64,000 nucleotides of DNA from an uncultured Gammaproteobacteria bacterium (GCA_963804695.1 CAWDRH010000001.1:425944-489943); one strand, 5' to 3'; positions 10,851 to 20,605 are shown, counted from the first letter of the stretch. Program-made: numbers and translations. The notes: a model not told the origin generated them from the letters alone.

Positions 10851-11983
10851 GCTTGTGTATCCTTGATCAGCGCGGCCAATTCCGGATCGTGACGATCCAG
10901 CCGAGCCAGGCGTTCGATCATGGCCAGCAGCGCGTCGAGCACGCGATTGCGGTGGCGATACCAAAGCCAGTTCGCGCTCAAGCGGCTGCCGAGGCGCAAT
11001 TTCTCGCGGTGCAAACCCTGTCCGCTTTGGTACAGCGGCAGGCCGTGCTCGATGCAATAGCGCACGTTTTCCATCCACGAGAAGAAGTATAAATTGTAGT
11101 CCCGGGCGACTGCGTAATCCATGCCGAGAAATTTGTCGAGCAGGCGACTGCCGTCGTGCAGCACCAGGTTGAACGCCAGCAGCCGTTCGCCCTTCCAATA
11201 AGTCACGCAACTTGCACGGCCGTCCAGTTCGCGTAACACGCCGACGAAATATTGCGGCGTGAGTTCCTCGAAATTCAATTCGGCATTGGCGTAGGTTGCG
11301 CGGTACAGGCGCATCACTTCGTCGCCGATGCCGTCGATGCCATCGCGCCACTCCACCCGCAACCCGGCACTGGCTTTGAGCTTGCGCCGCAGGTCCTTGC
11401 GTGTGGCCTTGCTCAGCGAACCGAGGTAGTCGTCGAGGTTCGCAAAACGCATGTCCAGATATGCAGTCGGCAGGCCTGGCTGCCGGCGGAGCCCATGGCC
11501 GCGTGCGGCCGCGGCCCAGATGGCATCCTGCGCGGCGGCAGTATCCTTTGCCGCGATCATGCCGATACGCTGTTGTTTTGCACTGGCTTCGAGCTGATCC
11601 AGGATCGCATCGAGCAAACGCCGCTGCGTGTCGGTATCGAGTCCTGGTTCGAAACCGAGATGACATATTTCCGCAACCGGCGATCCAAGCGACAAAAGGC
11701 GCATGCGCAGCAGACGCGGAAACACGCGCTTGATCGCGTTGGTAACGTGACGCAACGGGCCGGTGATCGTGGTGTCGAGGCAGTATTCGGTGACGAAGGC
11801 AGGCACGGCGGCGCGCAGACGGCCATCCTCGCGCACGCCGAAATAGAGCCAGCTGAATTCCGGCAGGTCAGCATTTTCGACCGCGCGGTAGTACGCCCAG
11901 TCTTCCGGTTCATGGGGAAACAATCGGTTCCATTCATCGCGGCCGAAGCCTTCGATGGAACTCGCAACGATGATTTCCATCAA
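10847..11983 (-). CDS. FemAB-like / BioF2-like GNAT-fold acyltransferase family protein
   Basis: 378-aa ORF. Its overall pattern (W..LF....., DYNLYFFSWMENVRYCIEHGLPLYQSGQG) resembles FemAB-like GNAT proteins. The start overlaps the stop of the hydrolase gene. Confidence 0.55.
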   Translation of the reverse strand: MMEIIVASSIEGFGRDEWNRLFPHEPEDWAYYRAVENADLPEFSWLYFGVREDGRLRAAVPAFVTEYCLDTTITGPLRHVTNAIKRVFPRLLRMRLLSLGSPVAEICHLGFEPGLDTDTQRRLLDAILDQLEASAKQQRIGMIAAKDTAAAQDAIWAAAARGHGLRRQPGLPTAYLDMRFANLDDYLGSLSKATRKDLRRKLKASAGLRVEWRDGIDGIGDEVMRLYRATYANAELNFEELTPQYFVGVLRELDGRASCVTYWKGERLLAFNLVLHDGSRLLDKFLGMDYAVARDYNLYFFSWMENVRYCIEHGLPLYQSGQGLHREKLRLGSRLSANWLWYRHRNRVLDALLAMIERLARLDRHDPELAALIKDTQA

Positions 11984-12855
11984 TCGATGGCGGCCGTGAC
12001 CTGTGCCTGTTCAGTCGTCGGCATGGCCGGCATGTGCACGAAGCGCGTCGCGGCGACGCCGTTGAAGAACCGCACCGAACGGTCGATGACATGGGCGCGT
12101 TCCTGGTCTACCGTGATCATGTGATAGCTGTTTTCCAGCAACACGGTTTCGACCGGACCGCTGACGCCACGTACGACTGTGCGCACATTGCGCAGACTGG
12201 CGACGTCGTCTTCGGTGGCATGCACGACCAGGCACGGTGTGCGGATGCTGGCCAGCTGCTGGCGCACGCGGAACGACAGTCGATAGAACTCGGCCAGCGA
12301 CGGCCACGGATTGCCCGGCAAACCAGCGGCTGCGCTGTCGCCGCTGAGCATGCTGTTGGCGATGCGCTGGCGGATGCGCTCATCCTTGATGCCGTAGGGG
12401 AAACATTCGTGGAATTTGCGTTTCCGGCCGAAACCCAGGCTCACCACCAGCGGCAGCAGAAACGACAGTTTGCCGATCCAGGGAATGGTCCAGCCGTCGT
12501 AGACAAAAGTGGTGCCGTACAGACCCACGCCGTCGACCTGTTCCGGGCGGTCAGCGGCGAGCTTGAGCGCAAGCAACGCACCCATCGACAGGCCGGCGAC
12601 GAACATGTGATCGACGTCCTTGCGCAACCGGTCGGCGGCCTCGCCAACGCTGCGATACCAGTCGTGCCAGCCGGTTTTGAGCAGGTCTTCCTCGTCGCCG
12701 CAGTGTCCAGCCAGCTGCATGCCATAGACGGTAAAACCGGCGCGGTTCAGACCCTTGGCGACGAAGCGCATCTCCGTCGGCGTGCCGGTCAGGCCGTGAA
12801 TCAACAGGACTCCGGAACGGCCGCCCGGAAGGTAGTAATCGGTAGGTTTGATCAT
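11980..12855 (-). CDS. alpha/beta-hydrolase (esterase/lipase-like)
   Basis: 291 aa with the oxyanion HG (VLLIHGLTG), the nucleophile elbow GLSMGA and a C-terminal His (NSYHMIT). An AT-rich promoter-like gap lies upstream (12856-12944). Confidence 0.8.
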   Translation of the reverse strand: MIKPTDYYLPGGRSGVLLIHGLTGTPTEMRFVAKGLNRAGFTVYGMQLAGHCGDEEDLLKTGWHDWYRSVGEAADRLRKDVDHMFVAGLSMGALLALKLAADRPEQVDGVGLYGTTFVYDGWTIPWIGKLSFLLPLVVSLGFGRKRKFHECFPYGIKDERIRQRIANSMLSGDSAAAGLPGNPWPSLAEFYRLSFRVRQQLASIRTPCLVVHATEDDVASLRNVRTVVRGVSGPVETVLLENSYHMITVDQERAHVIDRSVRFFNGVAATRFVHMPAMPTTEQAQVTAAID

Positions 12856-12944
12856 TGTGGTTGCTTGAACTTCGATTTCTTCAGGGGACTATTGTACTTA
12901 ACAAAAGTTTACGAATACCTAAAAAAGGCTCTGGCGCAGGCGGC

Positions 12945-13322
12945 TTACGGCCAGCAGACCATGGTCACGCCCACGACCACGGCGAAGGTTCCCAGCCAGC
13001 GTCGCCTGGATACACGCTCGCCGAGGATGCAGCGGCTGGCGACTACGACGCCGCAATATGACAGCGCCATGAACGGAAATGCCACGCTCAATGGTGTCAG
13101 GCTCAGCGCCGCGAACCACAGCGTGAACTCGACCACGTACACCAGCACTCCGGTCACGATCCAGCGCGAGCGCGCCAGGCCGAGCAAGAATCCGCGAATT
13201 CCAACAAAGGGCTCGGGGCCGGTTTCGTGGCCGACGCCCAGCTTGAAGCTCACTTGGCCGCAGACGTCGCACAGTACCGTGCCCATCAGCAGCGCAAATA
13301 CAATCCAGGATTGATTCGACAT
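12945..13322 (-). CDS. small EamA/SMR-like membrane protein (second copy)
   Basis: 125 aa with 4 hydrophobic helices. It is paralogous in style to the 10452-10850 product. Confidence 0.6.
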   Translation of the reverse strand: MSNQSWIVFALLMGTVLCDVCGQVSFKLGVGHETGPEPFVGIRGFLLGLARSRWIVTGVLVYVVEFTLWFAALSLTPLSVAFPFMALSYCGVVVASRCILGERVSRRRWLGTFAVVVGVTMVCWP

Positions 13323-13328
13323 GCCGGA

Positions 13329-14246
13329 TCAACCCGTCCGCGACGCTTGTTCGATCGCCACCAGCAACTCCCGGTTCGTGCCTTCGTTGCGCGCCAGCAA
13401 GGTGGCATCCGGCGCCTCGTGTTGCGGCTGATCCTTGCGTGCTTCCCAGCGCTTGAACAGGTTGCGGTGTTGCGGTGGGGAAAACTCGCCGCAGATATCC
13501 GCCCCCACGATGCGCTTGTGCGTGCCCAGAACCCGGATAGTTTCCAGCACCGCCGCCAAGGGCATTTGGCCCTGATCCCAGTTGGTCAGCGCTTCAGTGG
13601 CTGGCAGCACGTCCTTGTCGATGCTGAACCAGATGGCTTCAGTAGTAATCAGCGAAATTATAGCATCCAGACCCTGTCCGATGCCGGACTCCGCCAGATT
13701 ACGCCAGACCAGATGGCCGTTTTCGTAGCGATGGCCGGGGCCGTCGGCGATCCGGCGCCAGACGCGCGACGGCGCATGTTGCCAGGGAAACAGGGCGATC
13801 CTGCCGCTGGCGAGGGCGCGCAAGTTGCCGCCTTTGCGGTCTGGATGAACCAGATCGTCGCTGCATACGCCCAGCGTGATTACCTTCGCCACCTGCGGCA
13901 GTTTCAGCGCCTGATTTACCCACGATCCGCAATGCCAGCGTGGCGCCAGCCACACCCAATCCGGGTGGTTGTCGATGTGGATCACCGTGATTGGCTCTGA
14001 CGCCTGCTCCATCAGCAGCACAGCCAGATGGTGGAAATCGCCCGATCCGAGCAGGGAAATCGTCGAGCCCGCGCGCGCAGGCAGGCGTTCGCGCGCCGCC
14101 CGGATGCTGCGGTCGCGACTCCACAGGCGCAACCGCGGACCGAGGTCGCGTAGCGGCAGTGTGCGGATCGATGTCCACGGCGCCACCGTGGACAGGGAGG
14201 TTTGCGTTTGCAGCGAACCATCCAGATCGAGGATTTGCAGATGCAT
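13329..14246 (-). CDS. arginase-fold (ureohydrolase/deacetylase-like) protein
   Basis: Start chosen at MHLQILDLDGS. The motifs GSGDFHH, IHIDNHPD, SIDKDVL and GADICGEFS are collinear with arginase/agmatinase GGDHS, DAHxD, SxDxDxxDP and DxxE. Confidence 0.5.
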   Translation of the reverse strand: MHLQILDLDGSLQTQTSLSTVAPWTSIRTLPLRDLGPRLRLWSRDRSIRAARERLPARAGSTISLLGSGDFHHLAVLLMEQASEPITVIHIDNHPDWVWLAPRWHCGSWVNQALKLPQVAKVITLGVCSDDLVHPDRKGGNLRALASGRIALFPWQHAPSRVWRRIADGPGHRYENGHLVWRNLAESGIGQGLDAIISLITTEAIWFSIDKDVLPATEALTNWDQGQMPLAAVLETIRVLGTHKRIVGADICGEFSPPQHRNLFKRWEARKDQPQHEAPDATLLARNEGTNRELLVAIEQASRTG

Positions 14247-14439
14247 GGCAATATTATGCGGCCGGAACGGACCAGAACCATGGCGCCTGGAGTCCGCAGT
14301 CTGCCGTGGTTCATGACACGACAACGCGCACGCGCCGGTTCAGGCGACTGCCGCGCGGGCCAGTCATCATGCTGTCACATCGCGCTCATCGGCACGCAAT
14401 ACAGCGCCGGTACCGTGGCGTCGCCGCCCGGAGTCGCTC

Positions 14440-15597
14440 ATGCGTGTGAGTATTGTCACCGAGACCTATCCACCAGAAATCAACGGTGTGGCGCTCACCG
14501 TGCGCGGGCTGGCGCATGGGCTGGCGGAGCGTGGGCACGCGGTGCAGGTTGTGCGTCCACGTCAGCACGCCGACGTGCACGAGCCCGGCATCGCCACGCT
14601 GGAAGTGCGTGGTATCGGTCTGCCACGCTATCCGGGACTGCGCCTTGGGCTGCCTGCCGGTGGGCGCCTGCGGCGCGAGTGGGCCGAATTGCGTCCCGAC
14701 GTCTTGTACATCGCCACTGAGGGTCCGCTGGGCAGTTCCGCAATGACCGCGGCACGCCGACACGGAATTCCCGTTTGCACCGGCTTTCATACCCGTTTCG
14801 ACGATTACGCCTGGCATTACGGTCTGGGTTTTGCGACACCGCTGGTCCGTGCTTATCTGCGCCGCTTCCACTGTCGTGCCGCGGCCACGCTGGTACCGAC
14901 ACGCGAGCTTGCCGACGAGTTGCAGGCCATGGGTATCGACAACGCCCGGTTGCTGCGGCGCGCTGTCGATACCGCGCTGTTCCATCCCAGCCGCCGCGAT
15001 CATGCGCTACGAACGGCGTGGGGTGTGGGTGAGAACGATCCGGTCGTGCTGTATGTCGGCCGCATCGCCGCGGAAAAAAACCTCGACCTTGCCGTGCGTG
15101 CGTTCCGCGAACTCCAGGTGCGCGTTCCGGCCGCACGCTATGTCTGGGTGGGCGACGGTCCGGCGCGGGCGGGCCTTGCCGCGGCGAATCCGGATTTCAT
15201 CTTCGTCGGAATGCGGCAGGGCGAGAATCTGGCACGGCACTACGCCAGCGCCGATTTGTTTCTTTTCCCGAGCCTCACCGAAACCTTCGGCAATGTGACG
15301 CTCGAAGCGATGGCCAGCGGTCTGGCGGTCGTCGCTTTCGATCGCGGCGCCGCACGCGAGCATCTGGCGGACGGAATTTGCGGCATGCGCGTACCGGCAC
15401 GCGACGCGCAAGGGTTCGCATCGGCCGCGTTCGCGCTGGCCACGGATGCAGTCCTGCGCGACATGATGCGTGCCAATGCGCGCACCGCGGTCGCGACGCT
15501 TGCGCCGGATGTGGTCATCACCGAATTCGAAAGCTTGCTGACAAATCTTGCTGCGGAGTGGCGCCATGGCCGACACGTACTCGCTGCCCAGGTTTGA
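14440..15597 (+). CDS. GT-B family-4 glycosyltransferase
   Basis: 385 aa with MRVSIVTETYPPEINGVA at the N-terminus and the E-x7-E region FPSLTETFGNVTLEAMASG. Confidence 0.85.
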   Translation: MRVSIVTETYPPEINGVALTVRGLAHGLAERGHAVQVVRPRQHADVHEPGIATLEVRGIGLPRYPGLRLGLPAGGRLRREWAELRPDVLYIATEGPLGSSAMTAARRHGIPVCTGFHTRFDDYAWHYGLGFATPLVRAYLRRFHCRAAATLVPTRELADELQAMGIDNARLLRRAVDTALFHPSRRDHALRTAWGVGENDPVVLYVGRIAAEKNLDLAVRAFRELQVRVPAARYVWVGDGPARAGLAAANPDFIFVGMRQGENLARHYASADLFLFPSLTETFGNVTLEAMASGLAVVAFDRGAAREHLADGICGMRVPARDAQGFASAAFALATDAVLRDMMRANARTAVATLAPDVVITEFESLLTNLAAEWRHGRHVLAAQV

Positions 15598-16108
15598 TCG
15601 TTTCCTGTGCATTGCCGCCAATCGCTGGGGCGCACGCCGCGCAGCCTTGTTGATCTTCGGAACAGTCAGCCGGCTCGGCGACGGCATGTTCTGGTATGCA
15701 CTGATGGCCGCGCTCGTCGCCTTCGGCGGGCTGCGCGGTGTGCTGGCGGCGTTGCATATGGCCGCGACGGGGATTGTCGCGCTGACGCTCTACCGCAGCC
15801 TTAAAAGCTGGACGCGCCGGCCACGGCCATTCCGTGCCTGCAACGGCGTCGTCGCGCACGTCGCACCGCTCGACGAATTCAGTTTTCCTTCCGGTCACAC
15901 GCTTCACGCCGTCAGTTTCAGCGTGGTCGCATTGACCTACTTCCCCGTACTCGCTGCCTTGGTATTGCCCTTCACCGCCCTGGTCGCGGTTTCGCGAGTC
16001 GTTCTGGGTCTGCATTATCCCAGCGACGTACTCGCCGCCGTGGCGATAGGCGTCGGCCTTGGCGGCACGTCGATATGGCTGGCAGCGGACATCATGCGGT
16101 TCATTTGA
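15566..16108 (+). CDS. PAP2-family phosphatase
   Basis: The start at MADTYS overlaps the GT4 3' end. Motifs present: KSWTRRPRP (Kx6RP), FPSGH and SRVVLGLHYPSD (SRx5Hx3D). Confidence 0.85.
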   Translation: MADTYSLPRFDRFLCIAANRWGARRAALLIFGTVSRLGDGMFWYALMAALVAFGGLRGVLAALHMAATGIVALTLYRSLKSWTRRPRPFRACNGVVAHVAPLDEFSFPSGHTLHAVSFSVVALTYFPVLAALVLPFTALVAVSRVVLGLHYPSDVLAAVAIGVGLGGTSIWLAADIMRFI

Positions 16109-16636
16109 TGCAGGGCGAAGTGCCGAAGCAAGCCACCGGCAGCAAACAGGATGAAGCGGGGCCAGGGATGGCTTTGGCGCGTATGGATTGGAATGTGTAT
16201 GAACAGCGAAGCTGGTTCTGAGCGCAGCGAAACCTGTGCCGCTGGATAGGCGAGTCAGAGAAACATCAGCACGCGCGCTGATTGAGCGCATACTGGTCAA
16301 TCTTTCCGCTGGCGAATTCAAACGTGTCCCACCATATCGTGATGTTCCGATTTCGCCTGAGCAACAACCAGACAATCGGCCCGGTCCTGTTGCGCAAATT
16401 ATGGTCGGCGGCCTGCCATAGCGATAATGTCCAGGTAAGTCGAGTGCCCTCAGGCGCCGGCTACGGCGACCGGGGGTATGTCTATTCGCTCTGGGCCGCG
16501 CCAAATACTCCCAACCTTCACGCAGTAGAAGTGCAGTTGCAGCGACTGCTCACTGAGACGATACCGGCAGCCACGATCCAGTTGACGTATCTGCGCTGAT
16601 CTGTGGAACAGCGGTGTGTCTCAAGGTGCGCAAACA

Positions 16637-17724
16637 TCAAAACAGCTTGCCTTGATCCTTTTTCCCCAAATCCACTTTTGCCTTTTTGAACGTGTGGCCG
16701 CCACGTGAAAGGTCGGGGTAACGCGCGCTTTGGCTACCATCGAGCAAACCCGCAATCGTAAGAATCTGGATGCGCGGGAACTCTGTGCCCGTGTCGGGTG
16801 AGCTGTAGAAACCTTCCTTCACCGCCTCGGTCGTCATTGGCTTGCTCGGATCAGCCAGCGTCACGAACAAGCCGATCTCAGCTTTCTCGCGCGCGACCAC
16901 GTGCGCGAGGTCGCGCACCATCGCCACGTTGACGTTGTCGCCGCCCTTCACCGACACCACGATCTTTTTCGCCGCGCCCTTGTCGTCCTGGAAAAAAATC
17001 AGGCCGTCGATGCCGCCGTCGGCGCCTTTCTTCTTGCCCTGATACGGCTGCGCGTTGACCAGCGAACACGCCCACCACTGGAACTGGTACTTGTCGCGCT
17101 CGGCCAGGTTGCGTGCGCCGTCGAGATCTTCCGGCGTGCCGACCACCTCGAACGTCTGCAAGTACCCGGCGCCGCATCGGCAACGCCGACCGTCGCCGTC
17201 TCGTTTTTTCCGCCTTGCTGCGATTCAGATACGGAAAGGCGATCTTTCAAACGCTTCTCGATCAGCGACACCGCCAGATGCGTGATGTCGATACCGATCC
17301 AGCGCCGCCCGAGCTTCTGCGCCGCATCCAATGACTCGCCGTCGGATCGCAGTGCAGATGCAGACTGCCGGTCGGCTTGAGCACGCGATGCAGTTCCAGC
17401 AGACGGTTCGCCATCATCACGAGATACGCCATCATGTCGTTCTCGCCGAGGAACGTGCGCAGCGCGGGCATCAGCTCGGCGACGTCGGTATTCGGCTGGT
17501 GCAGGATTTCGTTGAACTCGCGCTCGGCCTGCTCGCCCCAATGCCAGGAATCCTCGAACGCGGTGATCTGCGCGTCGCGACTCGTGGCCCTTCGGCGTCT
17601 TGAAGAGCAGGTAGTAGTCGCGCTTGGAATTGAACGGCGGATCGAGATAGATCAGGTCGACCGACGCATCCGCGATGTGTTCGTGCAGAATATCGAGGTT
17701 GTCGCCGAAGTAGAGCCGGTTCAC
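16637..17724 (-). pseudogene. degraded DNA methyltransferase (N4/N6, DPPF type) fused to a Mrr-like restriction-endonuclease domain
   Basis: The N-terminus is MNRLYFGDNLDIL..VDLIYLDPPFNS. ..MMAYLVMMANRLLELHRVLKPTGSLHLHCDPTASH then follows in a second frame. An abrupt junction at about 17330 leads to ..AAQKLGRRWIGIDITH, so the middle of the MTase domain is missing. The C-terminal 174-aa part (16637-17161) sits in a third frame and looks like a restriction-endonuclease domain (GGIDGLIFF....KKIVVSVKGG). Overall there are at least 3 frame changes plus an internal deletion. Confidence 0.75.
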
Positions 17725-17878
17725 GACGTCCCCTGGATGCCGATTCGAGAGTTGGTTGAATATCGTGCCCGGCGCTGCTTGTCAACGAGCTTGGGCGTAA
17801 GTGGAGTGGCGGGGACGCTACCACATTTATGCTATAACATATTGTTATTGTTAGTTTTTTATTCGTAGAATTTGGAGT

Positions 17879-17901
17879 GATACCCCCAAAGTTACCCCCG
17901 A
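17879..17901 (+). repeat. GATACCCCC/GTTACCCCC motif pair at the distal island end (possible integrase arm-type sites)
   Basis: GATACCCCCAAAGTTACCCCCGA here compares with GTTACCCCAAACGTTACCCCCGA at 24552-24574, in the same orientation. Confidence 0.5.
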
Positions 17902-17932
17902 CGCAATCACTATCGGCAGCGGAACGAAGGGG

Positions 17933-18343
17933 TTAAACGTCAGCTGGCGAGCTTTCGGGCGGAGGTATCTGAACTTGCGCTATGGGCACTATCCAGATTC
18001 CAACGGAATCATCCATCACAAATTCAAATTTCAAATCGCCAGCGCTAACGATTGGCATTCCGCCAAATCGAGCCGTGAACTTAGTTCTCATTTTGCCTTC
18101 AAAATCGACACTCACCGCTTGGGTGGCCACTTCCAATTCCCCCAAAGTGACTCTGAGTCTTGCGACGACGAGAACAGGGTCGTCTTCGGCACGCTCCAAG
18201 AAGACTATGAATGCAAACGCGGGAATAAATACAGGAAAAGAAACTACGCTCCATCCTTCCACGATTTGAATCAAAGAAACCGTTCGCCGCTCGAAGTCAT
18301 GAATGGCCTGCTCGCAACAAGTGGCAAACAGAACTCTAATCAT
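17933..18343 (-). CDS. hypothetical protein (island cargo ORF D, 136 aa)
   Basis: The ATG lies 4 nt after the stop of ORF C. No motif was recognised. The N-terminal pattern is MIRVLFATCCEQAIHDF....VSLIQIVEG......FP. Confidence 0.55.
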   Translation of the reverse strand: MIRVLFATCCEQAIHDFERRTVSLIQIVEGWSVVSFPVFIPAFAFIVFLERAEDDPVLVVARLRVTLGELEVATQAVSVDFEGKMRTKFTARFGGMPIVSAGDLKFEFVMDDSVGIWIVPIAQVQIPPPESSPADV

Positions 18344-18347
18344 AGTC

Positions 18348-18824
18348 TCATCTGCCGATTTCGATGGTCACACTATTTCGTGCCGATGGGAATGGTGCCT
18401 CCGCGACATTGCTCGGAAGTGCAGACCCCTTTTGCTCGAACGTAAAAATCGTGGGGGAAGCATTTTTGGTTGCAGCAAAGCCAAGCGCGATGAGCGGCCT
18501 AAACCAGGCGAGATTCTCAATCTTCTTTCCCGAGAGAGCCTCAACTACCTCAGATTGTGGACGGAATGATAGGGCAGTCGTATAGGCATAAGCCAACGCT
18601 ACTCCGGTAGGGGTCTTTCGGCTCGAATCAATCTCTTCGACGAGACGAACAAGCTCATCGCTATTTGATCGCTCGGCCAAACCGCGGACAGCTGGGAGTG
18701 CCCTCATCCTGTCGAACAAGTAAGCCGGTGTATTGGCGAACATGTATTCAGGCAGTAATGTGGCCGGGTCCAGTTGGCCGCTACTCTGGCTTGACACGGT
18801 AGTAGACTGCGCGTTGGAAATCAT
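18348..18824 (-). CDS. hypothetical protein (island cargo ORF C)
   Basis: The ORF is open from 18947 but overlaps ORF B. Internal ATGs at 18824 (MISNAQ) and 18743 (MFANTPAY) are plausible starts. No family was recognised. Confidence 0.45.
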   Translation of the reverse strand: MISNAQSTTVSSQSSGQLDPATLLPEYMFANTPAYLFDRMRALPAVRGLAERSNSDELVRLVEEIDSSRKTPTGVALAYAYTTALSFRPQSEVVEALSGKKIENLAWFRPLIALGFAATKNASPTIFTFEQKGSALPSNVAEAPFPSARNSVTIEIGR

Positions 18825-19269
18825 AAGGACACATGGTAGCTCGGTGGGTGGCTTCAAAGTGCAGGCCCCATTTGCTGAGAACAAGCGGAACATTGAGGGA
18901 CTTTGGATCAGGGGGGGCGAGCACAATCGCGGAATGAGAAGGGTCACCGCTCTCTGCCCAATAGATTACTACGTCCCCCGCTTGTACCGTCTCTTGGGGA
19001 ATGATGTCGTATTCATCTTCTTTGAGAATGCGTTTGATCACGTCCGCGTCATATATTGTCGTCCGACGACCGGCAAAGGTCATTCCATGACAGTTGTAGC
19101 GTGCGCAGGATTTGGACCGAAGTCTGAAGTCAATGTGTTTGGTGTACTTGTCGTAGTCGCCACAAATCGCCACGCTTTGCGCCAGCTCAAACTCCGATGC
19201 CCAATCATCGTTTTGCCAATTTGTCAGGTGAACGCCAGTCGAACTGTCTAGCTTGAGTTCTCGCGGCAT
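18781..19269 (-). CDS. putative cytoplasmic papain-fold (NlpC/P60- or CHAP-like) cysteine hydrolase (island cargo ORF B)
   Basis: The motifs appear in order as a Cys motif YNCHGMTF, then GDVVIYW, then a His motif PSHSAIVL about 45-50 aa after the Cys. There is no signal peptide. The start is uncertain (ATG 19269 or GTG 19326). Confidence 0.45.
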   Translation of the reverse strand: MPRELKLDSSTGVHLTNWQNDDWASEFELAQSVAICGDYDKYTKHIDFRLRSKSCARYNCHGMTFAGRRTTIYDADVIKRILKEDEYDIIPQETVQAGDVVIYWAESGDPSHSAIVLAPPDPKSLNVPLVLSKWGLHFEATHRATMCPYDFQRAVYYRVKPE

Positions 19270-19459
19270 CGACTTGGGTTCCGCACGGTTTGGGTTAGGC
19301 TCCACCCTATCTTGGCAGGATAGCACTGAGCTGTTTCTTGCGCGAGCGGGTGGTGCGGTAACGCGGATTGGATCACCCTTTTGGCCGCGGTTCGGACAGC
19401 CAGCAAACCTAAATCCATTGGCTAACTGCTTGTTTGCGCGGCGCGGCCCCGCCGTCCCG

Positions 19460-20605
19460 CTAGAGCCCGATTGTGGCGGGAAGAAACCCGAACTCCGTCA
19501 ACTTAGGCCGCAACTTGTCCCTCAAAGCGTCATGCGCGTCTTTAACTGCCACCAACTCCGTTTTACCAAGGTCGCGCTCTTTCAAGGCGCTTCGTACCTG
19601 CCACCAGCCGGCATCCCAAGTGTCGATCTTGAATTTGCCGGTGCGAAGCTGGTGCAACTCGGCGAAATACGTCCGATATGCAACCTCGCCTGCTTGGAAC
19701 AGCGTAAGGGCTTCGGCTGAAAGTGATCGCGCCATAACCCACACAGCCACGAAGCGTTCTTGAGCTGTGGACAATTGCATCGTGATGTCGCCGTCGCTAA
19801 TGGGTAAACCTCGTATGGCGCGCAGCGGCAGCGGGAAAAAGTGATTCGGCACTTGATAAGTCACGCCCTCGTAGACGACATCCTTCATCGCAACGGTGTG
19901 ATTGCTCTTGTGAAACAGATTCCACACCGTGCAGTCCGTGATGAATTCTTCCGGCAAAGGCGCATTTGGCCGCATGAATTGGTCGCGGTCGTTGTGCCAC
20001 TCGGCTTTGGGTAGTCGCCGAACCGCGTGCACCACCATTGCACGCTCAAAGTTGTCAGGCGTGATGCTGTGACCTCCGGCGCTTGCGTAGGGGCCGGAAT
20101 ACAGGGCAGTAGAATTCGAATGTTGAATATCATTACCAGCACACATAAGCGAACCCAAGAAATTCGCGCTGATGCGATCGCGAATGTCCGGGCCGCTTGT
20201 CTTTATCGAAATCGCCGATGAAAACGGCGGAAAGATCGCTACGCCATCCGGGCGGTCAATCCACTTTGAAAGGAATTGGTCACGATGCACGCTCACCAAG
20301 CGTTTGCGTGCAATCTTTTGCACGCTTGTATCGAAAACGTCCACTTCGATAGCTTGATCTTCTAAGGGTTCGTCATGCGCCAGGTTCCACAGAAGGTGGC
20401 CGACAGGAAAGGGGCTGGCTGCGGACGTACCGTCAAAATTGACGGACGAAAATATGAAGCCGCGTTCAAAGCCGAAGCGAAATACGTTGCCGAGTAGCAA
20501 ATTGAAGCGATCCACTCGCCGTCGCGTGTCCATTGCCATATGCCGGACGTGGATGAGTTCAGGCGCAGCGCGCGATCCCGAATCAGTGCGACAAGATCGA
20601 GACAT
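19460..20605 (-). CDS. hypothetical protein (island cargo ORF A, ~381-395 aa)
   Basis: Long ORF with no recognisable catalytic motif. A second frame (20362-20646, MSRDGWRPHIEG...) overlaps its 5' end and has a better RBS (GGAG 11 nt upstream), so the true start may be 20646 with a frame change. Confidence 0.55.
   Translation of the reverse strand: MSRSCRTDSGSRAAPELIHVRHMAMDTRRRVDRFNLLLGNVFRFGFERGFIFSSVNFDGTSAASPFPVGHLLWNLAHDEPLEDQAIEVDVFDTSVQKIARKRLVSVHRDQFLSKWIDRPDGVAIFPPFSSAISIKTSGPDIRDRISANFLGSLMCAGNDIQHSNSTALYSGPYASAGGHSITPDNFERAMVVHAVRRLPKAEWHNDRDQFMRPNAPLPEEFITDCTVWNLFHKSNHTVAMKDVVYEGVTYQVPNHFFPLPLRAIRGLPISDGDITMQLSTAQERFVAVWVMARSLSAEALTLFQAGEVAYRTYFAELHQLRTGKFKIDTWDAGWWQVRSALKERDLGKTELVAVKDAHDALRDKLRPKLTEFGFLPATIGL

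Noticed and set aside
16282-16599. 105-aa plus-strand ORF whose end (..RGYVYSLWAAPNTPNLHAVEVQLQRLLTE..) recalls the N-terminus of 2H-phosphoesterase/CPDase-like proteins
   Set aside because: The similarity is confined to a short motif, the ORF stops about 45 aa after it, and no HxT motifs follow. At most this is a gene fragment, which is not supportable.
16109-16636. Roughly 530 nt of apparently non-coding sequence of intermediate GC between the PAP2 gene and the methyltransferase remnant, as a possible sRNA or second att site
   Set aside because: I could see no convincing hairpin-terminator, promoter or repeat of the tRNA end. A single GGGGGTATG at about 16470 is not enough.
17803-17819. 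TGGAGTGGCGGGGACGC as a degenerate direct repeat of the tRNA-Phe 3' end (TGGTGGCCGGGGACGG), which would be an attL core
   Set aside because: Only about 13 of 17 positions match, and an indel is needed. That is too weak to call without comparative data, although the position just left of the AT-rich island start is suggestive.
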